DNA of 62,042 nt, the filler included, from Choristocarpus tenellus KU-1152 (lineage: Eukaryota > Protista > Phaeophyceae): NCBI GenBank assembly GCA_964200185.2. It is 10 parts of 10 records of this genome, joined end to end, with 100 filler letters (N's around TTAATTAATTAA, not from the genome) between each part and the next. Parts side by side here need not be neighbours in the genome. Positions count along the whole stretch, not along the records: positions 17,552 to 26,807 come from CAXNAD020003840.1; positions 26,908 to 30,468 come from CAXNAD020019255.1; positions 30,569 to 38,909 come from CAXNAD020004832.1; 7 more parts are not named here. One strand, 5' to 3'. Below, one piece after another: positions 24,401 through 37,500 of the stretch; within the stretch, counting starts at the first letter, position 1, and each line of letters begins with the position of its first letter. Below the pieces are notes generated by a model. The model had not been told where the DNA came from, did no database searches, and saw nothing but the letters and a program-made list of their open reading frames with translations. Both the position numbers and the translations under genes were made by a program.

Positions 24401-26000
24401 AACGACAGACCAATAACGCAGTGACAAGGCTCTATGCCGAACGACACCATCCTCAGTCCATAAGTTGTGCATTGTTCCACTGCGGTGTGTAATACCTCTG
24501 AGGAAAGTTTGTGATAGTTCCCAGGGCAAAGTTAATAAAATATTCCATATTAATTTGAAGTTTATGTTGAATGGCCAGATGGCCAAAAAAATTATGCATA
24601 TGACAACAAAAAATACATTAGAGTGTTACTGGTATTGGGGTTACCCCCAGTTGGGGCCGGGTCCAAGATCATCTTGCACGTAGCATATTTTACCAACATG
24701 GTCGCTGCCCAGTCCGTGAACCAGTTCAGTTACAAACTCTAACAGCCCTGATTCAGACGTGTCATACACTGAAACCGGTCTGACACGCAGAGCTGACGAA
24801 AATAACTGACAAATAGGCACGAGCATATTCATGCATGGTTTGTACCAGCTGCTGTACTGGTGCCAGTTGATGTACAAGTCACATTTCTCTTCTGCGGTTT
24901 CTTCATTGGCTCTCACAAACTTGAGTATGTAATATAAGCTTCCTTGTAGATAGTATCTGCCGCTGCGCTTATCTTGCTGTTAGATCCAGGATCTGAAAAA
25001 AGGGAACTATCGCCACAACTACTATTGCTGTTGCTGCTGAAATATCGTTTTTGTCGCCATATTCAGAAAGAATAATTGCGACAATGTTAACCTATTTACT
25101 TGTGGAAAGGTACCAGCCACTTTCTTGTCTACAACAACTGTATCTTTGTTCTGTCAACCAGATATAATTGTTATGTAGATTAAAACCACGATAAAAGAAC
25201 CGACAGATAATTGATTAAGCTGCAATAGGCTGGCTGATGGAGCAGCTGGAGTCTGAGCGAAGGAACACATGGATATAGGGGGTAAGGGGGTCGTAAGGAG
25301 TTGTGAGCAGAGTTGTCGTCCCGTGGATACCAAAAATGGACATGCTAAACACCTGTGCAAGAAGATTGCGCCATGATAACCAGTAACTGTGGTTGATCAT
25401 CCTGCATGTTGCGATTAATCCAGTGGTGCAGTCGCAAGACATCAGATTGCGTGTTGAGGTATAATAGTAGTCCTACCGGCCGTGTTAGAAAAAAACCTTA
25501 CCAAGCTGGCCTGCAGTCCGACCCCGTCACACTTACCCAGTTCGGTGTAGAACCCTCAATCACAATAATGGAGTCCAAGCAAGCAGAACAAGAACCACTG
25601 AGTATCTCTGTCCTCTGTGGTTTGCCAGGGGAAGTATAGAGACCAACTGGTGCGGTTAACCACACACTGCACTATAGAAGCGAGGAGTACGCACTGTGTT
25701 GGTACATACTCACAGATGACTGCAGTGAATTGAACTAAAGGTGACACCATTCAAGAACTTATCATTCCTCTGCTTGCATCATCATTTTTTGTTACAGGAC
25801 AGGAAATAAGAGATCTCGAGTTTCTGAGTTACCATTGATGGGCTATTCGAAAACAGTATCGATAAAAAAAGCATAAGATTGTCTTGTTCTGTTGTATGTG
25901 TGGGTGTGGAGGGATTAGGGACCGTAGTATCAAAATAAGTGGAATGAATCTGTACAAGGTTTGTACAAAGAAAGAAAGATCAAAACATTGCCCTGGATCA

Positions 26001-26252
26001 GAGTCCAAGCATTTAAGAGGGTGGGGCCCTGTCCGTTCGGGGTCTTAAATCCATTGTAGCGATTTTATTAATTTTGGCTATCGTGGTTATTAGCAAGTGT
26101 CAATATCCTTGCTCTGGACACACTTCATAGTCGTATACATTTAGGTAGCTGTGTTCGCACAGAAAAACGAAAAAGGCAATAAGAAACCCGTGGGAAGCCA
26201 AGCCCTGAACGGACAAACAGGGCAAATTCCCACCCTCTTAAATGCTTTGGGC
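26001..26252. mobile_element. MITE family A copy 3
   Basis: TIRs ccaagcatttaagaggg / ccctcttaaatgctttgg; the internal block tgggaagccaagccctgaacggacaaacagggcaaa is shared with copies 1 and 2. Confidence 0.7.
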
Positions 26253-26740
26253 CATCACTATATCACCACTTGTAGGGTACTGCTAATATATTTTTTTGCG
26301 TTAAAAACTTTGCGAGTCTTTAATTATTGTAAACACTCAAGGGCACAAACGGCAATATCCAAGCACGTCATGAGCTTCAAGCTGGGGACACCGGGCCAGC
26401 GGGCAAGGCAGACCCTGACCGACTCCTACTGAGAATTACTCTCTCCTTGTTCCTGGACCACCTTCGTAGTGCCATCCTTGGGATATTTGCAGCTGTTCCT
26501 GTATCTTGTTACGGGTTTCTTTTTTTTCAATATAATTGGAACAACTGAATATACCGTGGACGGCATCGGTTTCCTGTTTTTAAAGATATGTCTACTGTTG
26601 GTTTAGTACTCTATAAGGCAATTTTGTTGTAAGCAGGTACAGACTCTGTTGTTGGATTCGATGTGTTCTCTGCCTTGTATTTGTTGTCCCCACTGTGATA
26701 ACATCTTCAGCAAGATATCCATAGGCATAAAATTATATTG

Positions 26741-26807
26741 GAGTGAAAGTATCTTAGAGGGTACGAGATTTGCCCTGTTTGTCCATTTGGGACTTGGCTT
26801 CCCACAG
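26741..26807. mobile_element. MITE family A copy 4 (inverted, cut by gap)
   Basis: Closely matches the reverse complement of the right end of copy 2 (gagtgaaagtatcttagagggtacgag...). Confidence 0.7.
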
Positions 26808-27466
26808 NNNNNNNNNNNNNNNNNNNNNNNNNNNNNNNNNNNNNNNNNNNNTTAATTAATTAANNNNNNNNNNNNNNNNNNNNNNNNNNNNNNNNNNNNN
26901 NNNNNNNGGGGAGGGGATGGACGCAGTAGGGGGCAGGACACACTGCGAAGGTTTCAGAGGAGGGATTAGACGAAAGAGGTAAGGGCACTCTGCAACTGAG
27001 CAGTCAGGAGAAGTAGATTTGCACAAATAGGTCAAGGGGAAAGGTCTAGAAGGTGTATGGAATTGGATGGAAAAAAAAAAGAGCATCTATCATGGGTCCA
27101 TAAGGAAGGCATGGGTTGAAGTATGACCCTGTCCAAGTAGGCATACTGGAATGAGGGAAGGGAAGAGATGGCTCAAGAACACAAGGCTCGAAATGGACAA
27201 AATAGTTGCTTCACATAAGATCGATAACTTTTTGGAAATTTTCCTGTGTCTCCTCCTGTATAGGGACGCATTTTCTGGTTTGATTTGGTGGATGGGTTTT
27301 GGTGCGATCGTTTTTTCCTTCAGCAAACTTACTAAAAAAAAAAGTACAGTATATATATATATATAATACATTAAAACAAAATCGCACAAGGTATTGTTTG
27401 AAGAGATTGTGTCTGAGGTAAATCAAGCTTCTTCTCATTGGGTGTACAGACTCAGCACCAACAAAC

Positions 27467-28587
27467 CTGGTGAGATGAGATCGGCACGAACGACAGGCTA
27501 GCCCGTAGCAAGTTAATAGATGCCGGCACAGAGAAGACAGCCTCATAGTTGTCACCCCCTGCCCCTCCAACCCGAGTGGTACGCCTGCCACCACCCCTAC
27601 CAACACCTGCCCTCCTTGCCCCTGTCCCACTCTCGTCCTCTTCATCGTCCTTGTCCTCCTCGTCCGTGTTTCCTCCCTCGCTGTCATCCTCTTGCCCACC
27701 CCTTCCCCTTCGACGCTTCAGTCGGGCAGCTCGAGAATCTCGGCCATGGGTACTGCCCGCAATAATGCTCTTATCGTTTCCATTCCCCCCATCTTTACTC
27801 GTATGAACTTTCGCCCCAGGCCGATAGACGGAGGAATTTCTGCACCAGGAACGGATGTTGGTCAAGGCCAATCCGAATAGGGCCGGCTGAAACACCCCAT
27901 ACGATGTCGCTCCAGGAAGAGCTAGCATACCCAGATACCCTCGCACGGCCGCCCAGGCAGCCGGCGAGGGCGTGCGGTGAGGGGATGCGGCATCGACGTG
28001 ACCAAGAAGCATGCATCGGAAGAGAACAACCATCAGCACCCGGATAGCGGGGATAGAGAACGTGCTGTCTGGGTCGTCAGCATCCGTCAACCCCTGTCCA
28101 CTTTCTTGGACAATGGCTTCATGCGGGCGTGTGATAATTGGCCAAATTTTTTCATCGATATGTGATTCATGTCTCCAGGTTCCTAGGCACACAAGCCATG
28201 CCCCAAGCGCCTGGATCAGGAAGTGGTGGTGTTGATGAGGAAGGCTTGGAGGGTTAGATAGGGCTGGTACTACGAATCATGCCAGGGAAAGAATAAGGTA
28301 TGGGTAAGATCACAAGATCGGAGAACACCCTTGCAATGGCACTCCGTCATACAAGATCAATGGGGCCACCTTTACGTGGTCGGTGTGTGGGGAAAAACGC
28401 GTCACCTTGGTAATGACCAGTCTCCACTGGAGGAACGCACCTTGATAGCATCATCATCATCCACATTCAGTAAGGCAATAGTCGCTTCATCGTGGAGACC
28501 GATAGCGTCTACATCTGCCTGCGAAACCGAACAGAGCCGTAGTACCCCTGCAAGAGACTTCTCCGTTGTCTCGAGTAAAGACACCAT
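27467..28587 (-). CDS. NCAPD3: Condensin II subunit CAP-D3, 5' portion (2 exons)
   Basis: Exons 28587-28441 and 28210-27467 join in phase 0. The motif AAVRGYLGMLALPGATSYGVFQPALFGLALTNIRSW resembles the CAP-D3 N-terminal A..Y..LL.+PG....VFHP..F...+...+.W pattern and is followed by a basic/acidic loop. The gene continues towards the gap. Confidence 0.7.
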
Positions 28588-29082
28588 ATCGTTGGTCGGA
28601 TTACCTTTCGTAGACCCCCAATTCTCTGGAATCCAGGGCACTCGAGTGATATATTTTGTCAAACACACGATAGAAGCCGCGAAGGACCTCACTCACCATT
28701 CGCAAACTCTCCCTCCTGTGGTCAACTTCTCCTGCTTGTTAAATGTGGCGTTGGTTGATAGATTTTAAATCGTTTTGTTCAAACGGTCGGAATCACCTTG
28801 GGAAGCCTTGCCTACCTTCATCATGATATTTGTGTTTTCAATAACCAAGGTGACACTTTTTGTGGTTTGTCCTAAGTTTTCAAAGGCCCACCAGAAAGCC
28901 CTCGCTGAAGTGCGGGGGGCTTGGTGTGCCACGACAGAAGATTGGGTTGTCGCTAGTACCTTTTATATGCTTTGTACATCTGTCAAAGGGATACTGCACG
29001 CAGGCCGTTGCCATCCTTGGACGTACCTGCCCTTGTTGGTGCTCAGTCAATTGTAGTACCAGCTCCTGTACCAATTCACACC

Positions 29083-30061
29083 ATGAGTACCACGGCGAAG
29101 AAAGTTTTATTCGTAGCAGCCACAAGGTAATCTTGGTGGCGCGTTTCATGCTTATTTGCGTGCTCACTCCCACCAGAAGTGAAAGCTTTCCTCCCACAAT
29201 ATGGTCAACTTCTTGAAGCACATCTAGGCATGATCTGCAATTCTCAACATATGAAATTCACTCTTCCTTCCCGCCCTACTGCTCTTCATAAACCAGGCAA
29301 CATGTGGGTAAGACAACGGTAAGTTTGGCCCTAATCTCGGGCCTAAAAAAACGATACGAGAACATCGGCTTCATCAAACCTGTAGGGCAGCAGCACGAGA
29401 CAGCTAAGGGTGAAAATGGCGATATTCTTGTCGATAAGGTGATTGTTGTGACCTTTCCCCTCCCCTCCTATCATATATATTTTTACACTCGAACAGAAGC
29501 ATGAACTAGGTCATTATTGAGGAGATTTTGTATGGTGCCGCCATTCTTGGACATGGAGGTGGATGTAGATTCTCTGTGACATTCCCCCTGAAGGTCGCAC
29601 ACTCACCCCACAATCGTGGACATGAAAGCCCAGCATAAGCCAAATGTAGAGTATTTGGTGACGGTGCTGATCTTTCCAACTGTCTCTACTTTCTGAAACT
29701 GCATTTCCCCATACATTGTCTTGAATACCTACTTCTTGTGCGATGGCGACGCCACAACATGAATCACACAGCCCTATTAACTCATCTTTACCCCATAACC
29801 CCAATCCTCATTGTTAACCCCGAACAACTACCATCCTGTTTTTTCTGTGACATGCCCTTGCCTCCGTACACAACGTCGTACGAAACAATCCCTCCGCTCA
29901 CCTACACGAAGGATGTATCTCTAATGAAGGAATACTTCGGTCTCAAGTGCAAATACGAAGACATGAGTCCCGTGCTCATTCCACGCGGATACACCAAGGA
30001 CTACATTGATGGGAAGATATCGGAGACGGACCAGTTGAACGCAATGAACAGAGCCTTCCAG
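29083..30061 (+). CDS. BioD-like / phosphotransacetylase N-terminal (AAA_26) P-loop protein, partial
   Basis: Exons 29083-29126, 29297-29438 and 29912-30061 splice in frame to MSTTAKKVLFVAATRQHVGKTTVSLALISGLKKRYENIGFIKPVGQQH...VDKDVSLMKEYFGLKCKYEDMSPVLIPRGYTKDYIDGKI..., containing Walker A GKTT and the G.IKPVGQ motif. A further upstream in-frame exon is possible (acceptor at 29003). The 3' end is lost in the gap. Confidence 0.85.
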
Positions 30062-30623
30062 GTGAATGCAAAACTGAAGGGATACAGTGCGTGTGTGTGC
30101 GCGCGCGCGCGCGTTTACGTTCTATGAATTGAACCACTTTCAAGAAGGATGTGATTTATATTTTCTCAACACATGTTTTGGAAAGTAGTGCAAGTGAGTG
30201 CGTCTTTTTTTGTATTCCCCACACCAGTCAGAGACCTGGTGATACGTTGTACGTCTCAAGAGTAATCAAACAACTCTCTTGCCTTTCCAAAACATTGGTA
30301 AGGCGTGGTGGACAGGGGTCTCTCCGCTGCCGCTGCAGCTGGTATACACATTGCACACAGAGATAATGACTGAACCAAGCAAAAAATATAATCCCCCCCC
30401 CCCCCCCCCCCCCCCCCCTCAACCAAAAAGAAAAAACAAACAAAAACAATGAGTCGTCACTTTTTTTTNNNNNNNNNNNNNNNNNNNNNNNNNNNNNNNN
30501 NNNNNNNNNNNNTTAATTAATTAANNNNNNNNNNNNNNNNNNNNNNNNNNNNNNNNNNNNNNNNNNNNAACCCAAATCCCCCCCCCCCCCCCCCCTCTAC
30601 TCCTTGTCCCGGACGCATGGAAG

Positions 30624-31268
30624 GTATGCCGAGTCCTGCTGGGTATCGGACAGCCCTGCGCCTCATGCAGCTTGCTGAACGGTTTGGACTTCCTGTGGTG
30701 ACCCTGATTGACACTTGTGGGGCCTGGCCGTCGTTTGAGGTTCGTTGTTCACGCTGGGAGGGATAGGGGATAGGGGAGGGGGGAGAGGGGAGGGGGGAGG
30801 GGGGAGAGGATATCGTTGGACTTCCTCGCCGTACCCGTCCTTTTGCCACTGACCTTGCTCTGGAGAAGGATACTTGTAGATAGCACACGACGAAACCCTC
30901 CTCTTGTCCATTTGTGTGCGTGTGCGTGTGTGTGTTTGTGTTTGTGGCATCTATGCATGCAGGGGAATTGTTCTATTTCGTGGTGTTGGGTGTTGTTGGC
31001 CTTTTCATCCTTGGGTTCGGGCTGTGTTGCGAGGGTTGAATGCGTGCGGGTAACTTCCCTGCGATTTTGATTAATTTGGACTCGATTGATGATTTGAATC
31101 AGCGTAGAGAGAGTTGTTTTTGCTTGCTGATTTTGCTGCCTTTCTCAGTTGTCGAGCTCGAGTCGACTGCATCTGAATCTGCTTGAGTCTAGTCTGGTTC
31201 ATGCTTGTCATTGCTTTTCTCATTTCAGCTGTGAGATTGATCTGTACTCTCTCCCTCCCTCCCTCCCT

Positions 31269-31300
<32 letters not shown>

Positions 31301-33155
31301 AATCTGTGTAGAAACCGTGAAGCTAACGTTGTAGTCGCTGCTTTCACCTCCCCTTCCTGCCTACCTGAAAGTGTTTTTTTTTTTCCTCCCTGAGCAAGAG
31401 ATGCTTGTGCTTACTTGAGAGAGACTACCGTCATGCTTTTGGAAAGCGCCTTGATGTCTTGTTCCTGAAAGGGGTGCTACCTTGGTGAGGCAACTCCTCT
31501 CCTCTCAGGCTCATTCAATCTCTTTTGTTGTTTGTTGTCTTTTCCACTGTGCAGGCAGAAAGGGATGGACAGAGCGAGGCCATTGCCACCAACCTCACCG
31601 CCATGGCCGGCCTGAAGGTCCCCATCGTCTCTGTGATCATGGGGGAGGGTGGGTCAGGAGGCGCTCTGGGGGTGGGCATGGGCAACCGGGTTGGAATGCT
31701 CTCTAGGGCGTACTTTGGTGTGGTGAGCTAGGCACTCGTTTGCGTGGATGACAGTCTGGGTACCTCAAGAGGGGTGGGGGTGTTGGGTGGGGTAGGGTGG
31801 GGTGGGGTGATGGGTTGGTCTAGCATGTTCTGAAATGATACAGCAGGATCCATGAGCGTGGTTGTTCAGGTCTAGTGTGTGGTGATTAAAAAAAAAATAC
31901 TTTGTTTGGGGTTGTGGGGCTCACTATTTTGATGAACACTAGTTGTCAAGGTCCTGTTGATGTATAGCCGTTAAGGAGTGGGCGGCGTTGAGCTTTAAGG
32001 GCCCGTATGACCGACTGACTGCCCTGAGGTACGTGGGTTTTGAGGACTGCGGAAGGCGCTTTCGGGAAGAAATGCGTTTGCATTCCTAATCTTGTTCTGC
32101 AGTTGCACTCTTCGAAGGGGTTAGGGGGTTTAACTGCATTTTGAGGCATGGATTTTTACGGGCATGGATGTGGTGTGAATTGCACAAGCTTCAAGGGCAG
32201 CCTCAGCATTCTAAAGGCCCAAAATCAACTCTCTCGTAGAAGGTGTACCTCACATCACAGGTGGTTTTACTCTAACATGGCGGGTTAGTGGTTGGGTGCG
32301 GGATGGAGGCGAGTTGATGTTGGCATGGCAGGGGAAGCAATTCCATTGAAGCAGGCTTAGTTGTCGGGGCTTAGACCGGTAGGGGCTCTACATGACTGGG
32401 GGGCCAAAGGTTGGTGGTAAGGGACACCACCTTGGAAGCATTATTGTCCCGCTAGTCTGTGATGAATTTGTAGAATGTGTGATCCATTTTCCCTTCCAAT
32501 TGAGATATCGGGCGCCTGAACACATCCAATGTACCTTTTTGACGGAGTTTATGCTTCCAGTGATTCGGTCTGTAGTGGTAGGTTTCTGTGAAGTAGGGTT
32601 AGGGTTAGGGTTAGCACACAGCGACTTTTCACGACATGATGGGCCAACCAAGCCTTTGTTAGTGCGCTTTGTTAAAAGTTGTTGTGTGCTGCTTTGTATT
32701 GAGTGGGGCTCTCTGAGGCTCTGATCGTTGGGAGCTACGTCTCATCTCTTTGACCTGCTTGATTGTACAGCGACTGCATCAGTTCTGGGCATTGTTCTGG
32801 GCATTGTGCCCGATCGAGGGACAAGTGAAGAGCCAGTTTGGAATATATTGTTGTTATCATCATATTGTCAGGGGGTGGGCGGAGATTTACTAGTCCTCTA
32901 ATGCAAAACCTGACTATGTTAGTAGCAGAGAAGTGTGATGAATGTGATTGTGATGCCATCACACGCAGCAAAAGCAGGACGTCTCTTGAACCCCTTTTCC
33001 ACTTCCGTTCACAGATATCTCCAGAGGGTGCTGCTTCCATACTGGGGCGCTACAAGGATGATGCACACAAGGCTGTACAGTTCCCCAAGGACTGCCAAGC
33101 GCTGGCAACAGCCCAACAGATCTATGCCGGTTAGTATCCCGTTCTATCTATTCCT

Positions 33156-33223
<68 letters not shown>

Positions 33224-34496
33224 ATTGTNNNNNCCCAACACAGCCCACGCCCTCCCAAACCCACACAACACCTTTCCGGTTTATTCCCCCTTCTTATTTT
33301 TTCCCCCCCCCCCCCCCCCCCCCCCTCCCTGCTTGTCCTGCATACAATCCTTCATGTTCTCTGCTCAAATGCTATGGGATCGAGATGCTAACCCTAACCC
33401 TAACATTAAAAGATGGTAAGAGGTATCTTCCGATGAGACCTTTCAGGAAGGTTTGCCGTAGGGGCTGAGGGAGATGCGTCTGTGGGGTGAGCCAGTTGTA
33501 TCATGTTTATCTGGGGCTGGCCCTGTGAGGAGATGTTTTGCACACGCCTCCTCCTTTTTGTGTGTGAAGAGTGGTATGGCGCTACAAAGTAGAAATAAAA
33601 AATAAAAAATGGTTAAAACAAATTTCCTGTCGAGCTGCAGATTTTTTTTTGTGTTCTTTTTGCTGTAGTGATGATATATAATGACAGTGGTAATAATGAT
33701 ATATATAGTGACAGTGATAATAATGATATTAAGTGACAGTGGTAGTAATGATACCTAGTAACAGTGGTAGTAATGATACACAGCAACAATGGTAATAGTG
33801 ATACATAGTAACAATGACAATAATGATACATAGCAACAATGATAACAATGATACCTAGTAACAATGACAATGATGATACATAGCAACAATGATACTTAAT
33901 ACACTTTTATAATTCTTTTCTACTTCCTCCTGATGTGACCGCAAGAAAAGAAGGTTGAAACCTTAGCGGTCTGTATTGATTGCGACTCCTCTTGTGCAAA
34001 GACAAAGAAAAAAAACACTTCCACTGCTCGCCATCGATTGGAAAGAAAAACACTTCATGAGGCATTTTTGTTGTTCTGAATCTAGGAGGCGTTTTTGCAA
34101 CTCTGCGGCGTGTGGGTGTAGAACAATTAACGGTAGGGGGGTATCCTGCGCTCCAGTGAGATTTCTATGTCGAAACCTCGTGATGCGCTCTTGCAAGGTT
34201 CCCCCACAAAACGTAAGAAAATCCGAAGGCGATGTTGAAGTGATGCTTTTTATGGCCTGCCCCCCCCTCGAACAGTTTGAACTGGTGGTGTGTGAGTGAA
34301 GTACTTACCTACAGTTGCTACCGTAGATGTTAATTTAGTCGAACTCAACTCCCTACTACCTCAAGCGTATTCAACGTGTGCGTGAAATGTAATCTAATCT
34401 AATCTAATGTATGTATATATGTATGTATTTATGTATCTATGTATTTATTTATTTATTATTATTTTTAATGTGAAATCAGTTTTTTTTGCCCCTGCT

Positions 34497-34536
<40 letters not shown>

Positions 34537-37500
34537 CCTCACGGCCGATTGGTAGCTAATGTGATAACCAAGTAATCTCAGCACTTTTGCAGGCTTTTTG
34601 ACATTTCGTGTCCTATATTTATCATTGTTTATCATTCCGTCCCGTATTATGCGGACCTCTCTGTACCTCCCACGTGTGCGGCATGGGGACACGTTTAACT
34701 CGTACCCAGGGTTTTGTAGCACATACAAGGCGTGAACCATGCTAGGACCGGACCGGACCGGCCTATTCCGGCGACGCACTAGGTTCTGACCAGCTCTGTC
34801 GAATATGTGTCCTCACTAGGGGTGATCAGTGGCTGACCCTCTGTTGATAGTGTATGATAGCCATGGACTATGTATGATAGCCATGGACTGTGTATGATAG
34901 CCATGGACTGTGTATGATAGCCATGGACTGTGTATGATAGCCATGGACTGTGGGCGTTGGAGAATTTGTATTAAACGCTCAGGGAGAAAGGTGTGGTAGG
35001 TAGGGTGATAGTGTGGTGATGGGTGCGAAGACCCCACCACCCGTTCCGGCTTGCTCCTGAGGAGGTGTAAACTCACTACAGAAAACGATTGATTGCTGCC
35101 GTTGTATGTGGTGGGGTCCGGCGGCCTGTCGTCTGTGTCCAACAGACCCGGAACTACATTTTTGTTGTTGTTGGTGGTGGTGTTGTTGTTGAATTTGATA
35201 TGTGAAAAAAAAAGATGTGTTGAATTTGTCATAAAAAAAAGAAGAGAGAGTTGAGCGAAATGTTTGTTTTGTTTTTTTGTTTGTTTGTTTGTTTGTTGTT
35301 TTTGTTTCCTTGGAGATTTAGGAACGGTAGGAGATCGCCACCGGTGGTGCCAAGTGTTTCTTTCGTTGTATTGGAGATCAATCGCATGGGTGGGCTACAC
35401 CTGTTTGAGTGTTATATATATACTGATGGCCTTGGATTTGTGACGTGGTCCCTTTGGAATTTTCGGGGCCGGGGCAAGAGTCCCCACCGGCGATGTGGGG
35501 GGTGGCTCCTGGTGCCGACCCTGGGCTGAGGTTGTGTATTGTTGATTGACAACGGCCAGGCAGGAATGAATGAATGAGTGAATGATTGAATGAATGATTA
35601 AATGAATGAATGATTGAATGATTAAATGAATGAATGATTGAATGAATGAATGAATGATTAAATGAATGAATGAATGAGTGAATGATTGAATGAATGATTA
35701 AATGAATGAATGAATGAGTGAATGATTGAATGAATGAGTGAATGATTAAATGAATGAATGAGTTTAGTTAAGAAATCCAAAAAGAGCAGGGTACTAAGGC
35801 CCAGCTACTAGTTGAGGGTTAGGGTTGAGGCTCCTACCGGGTAAATTTAGGGCTAGGGTTAGGGTTAGGGTTAGTCTATTGGGAAGGATTTTATATGATT
35901 TAGAACAGTTGCTTGGTGTTCTTTTCTTGCCTACTCTTTTCCTAGAATGAAAAAATTAGGGCCCTGCCAGAGAGCCAAAAAGTACCAATATAAATAACGT
36001 CAATGAAAGCTTGGCACTTGACTCCTTACCTCATTAACACTTGACTCCTTACCTCCTTAACACTTAACGCGTCCTGTTGTCCAGACCAGCTCAAGGAGGC
36101 GGGGGTGGTGGATGAGGTTGTGTGGGAGCCTGCTCAGGGGGAGACGCACGAGAGCTTCCCCATCTTGGCGGGGTGAGCCCAGAAGATAGTAGTAGATGAT
36201 ATCGATATATAGCCCTTCCTGTTTTGTGGGTTGTGTGTCTTGACACTCTGGTCGTTACATGCACATGTTGATTCGTTCGTCTGTTACAAAATAGAACATT
36301 AAAAAAAAAAGAAGTGAAAGCGGAAGAAATTTTGTTTATTTATTTATTTTTTCCAGGTAGTTTTTTTTTCTTCTCTGTGTCTTGTTTTTTTTTCCTCTCT
36401 GAACCCTAAACCCTGACCCTAAACCCCGATGCAAGTACGTGCTCCCCAACGCATCGTGCAGCTGACTTTTCCCCCCTCCTCGCTCTCTCTCTCTCTCTCT
36501 ATGTGTTACCATCGAATCAGACGCCTTCGGGCCTTCATCTCCGAGGCCTTGTCTGACCTTGGGTCTCTCTCGCCGGAGGAGTTGTTGGTACAGCGCTATA
36601 AGCGATTTCGGTCCCTGGGCAAGTTCGACCTCTTGGGAGAGGAGGAGAGGAACCGGGCTGTGGAGGCGGCTGTGGGTCTGTCGAAGCCGAGGTGTGCATG
36701 AGTTTAAAAACAAAAAAAAAAGAGTAGAAAAATACTTGGGAATGGGGGGTTAGGGCTCTGGTTACTACTTCCTTGCCCCCCAGTTGAGTGAGTGAGTGAG
36801 CGAGCGTTTTTTTTTTTGTGTGTTTATAGAGGTGTATCGATTAATAGTTGAAAATATTATGGGATGTTTAGGATATTTAGGATATTTATGTTTCTTTTAT
36901 TACTGTTGTGTGTGTGTGTGTGATTAGTCTCGACTGACTGTCCCATCGCTTTTAAATTTCTTTTTTTTTGTTACTCTCACCTTACCTACATCCCTTTTAA
37001 ATTTCTTGTTTTTTGTTACTCTCACCTTACCTACATCCCGTTCGTTGCCCCAGAGATGGAACATCCCTTTCTTGATCTGCTCTTGATCCTTTCTTGATCC
37101 GTTCTTGATCCATTCTCGATCTGTTCTTGATCAATCCTTGATCCGTTCTCGATCCATTCTTGTGCTGTTCTGATAGGTCGCGCCCCAAAAAGGCGTCGAC
37201 TCTTCCGTGCAAGCTGGTTTTGTACCTGGCTGACCAGGTGATTCACGGGGAGCGCTCCTCTTACAAGGGCCTGGCGCCACCCGGCATGACCAAAGTTGCC
37301 CCCGTGATCCCCGAGGTCACCGCCCCTGCGGTTCCTGCGCAGACAGCTAAGTCTCTGCTGGATGCTGAGGGCCCAGAGGCCATGGCGGCTTGGGTGAGGA
37401 AGAGCAAGAGGGTCCTGGTGACTGACACAACCATGCGCGATGCCCATCAGGTGAGAACAAGAGGGGGATATCGCCTTCCCAAGGTGTGGTTTTTGGTTGT

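Noticed and set aside
32935-33468. Poly-proline ORFs (also 9449-9850, 50629-50928)
   Set aside because: They are translations of poly-C/G homopolymers beside gaps, not formin- or extensin-like genes.
34851-34952. Regular short direct repeats (also 10518-10612, 20245-20310, 52661-52735) as CRISPR arrays
   Set aside because: They are head-to-tail with no unique spacers, there are no cas genes, and the context is eukaryotic: minisatellites.
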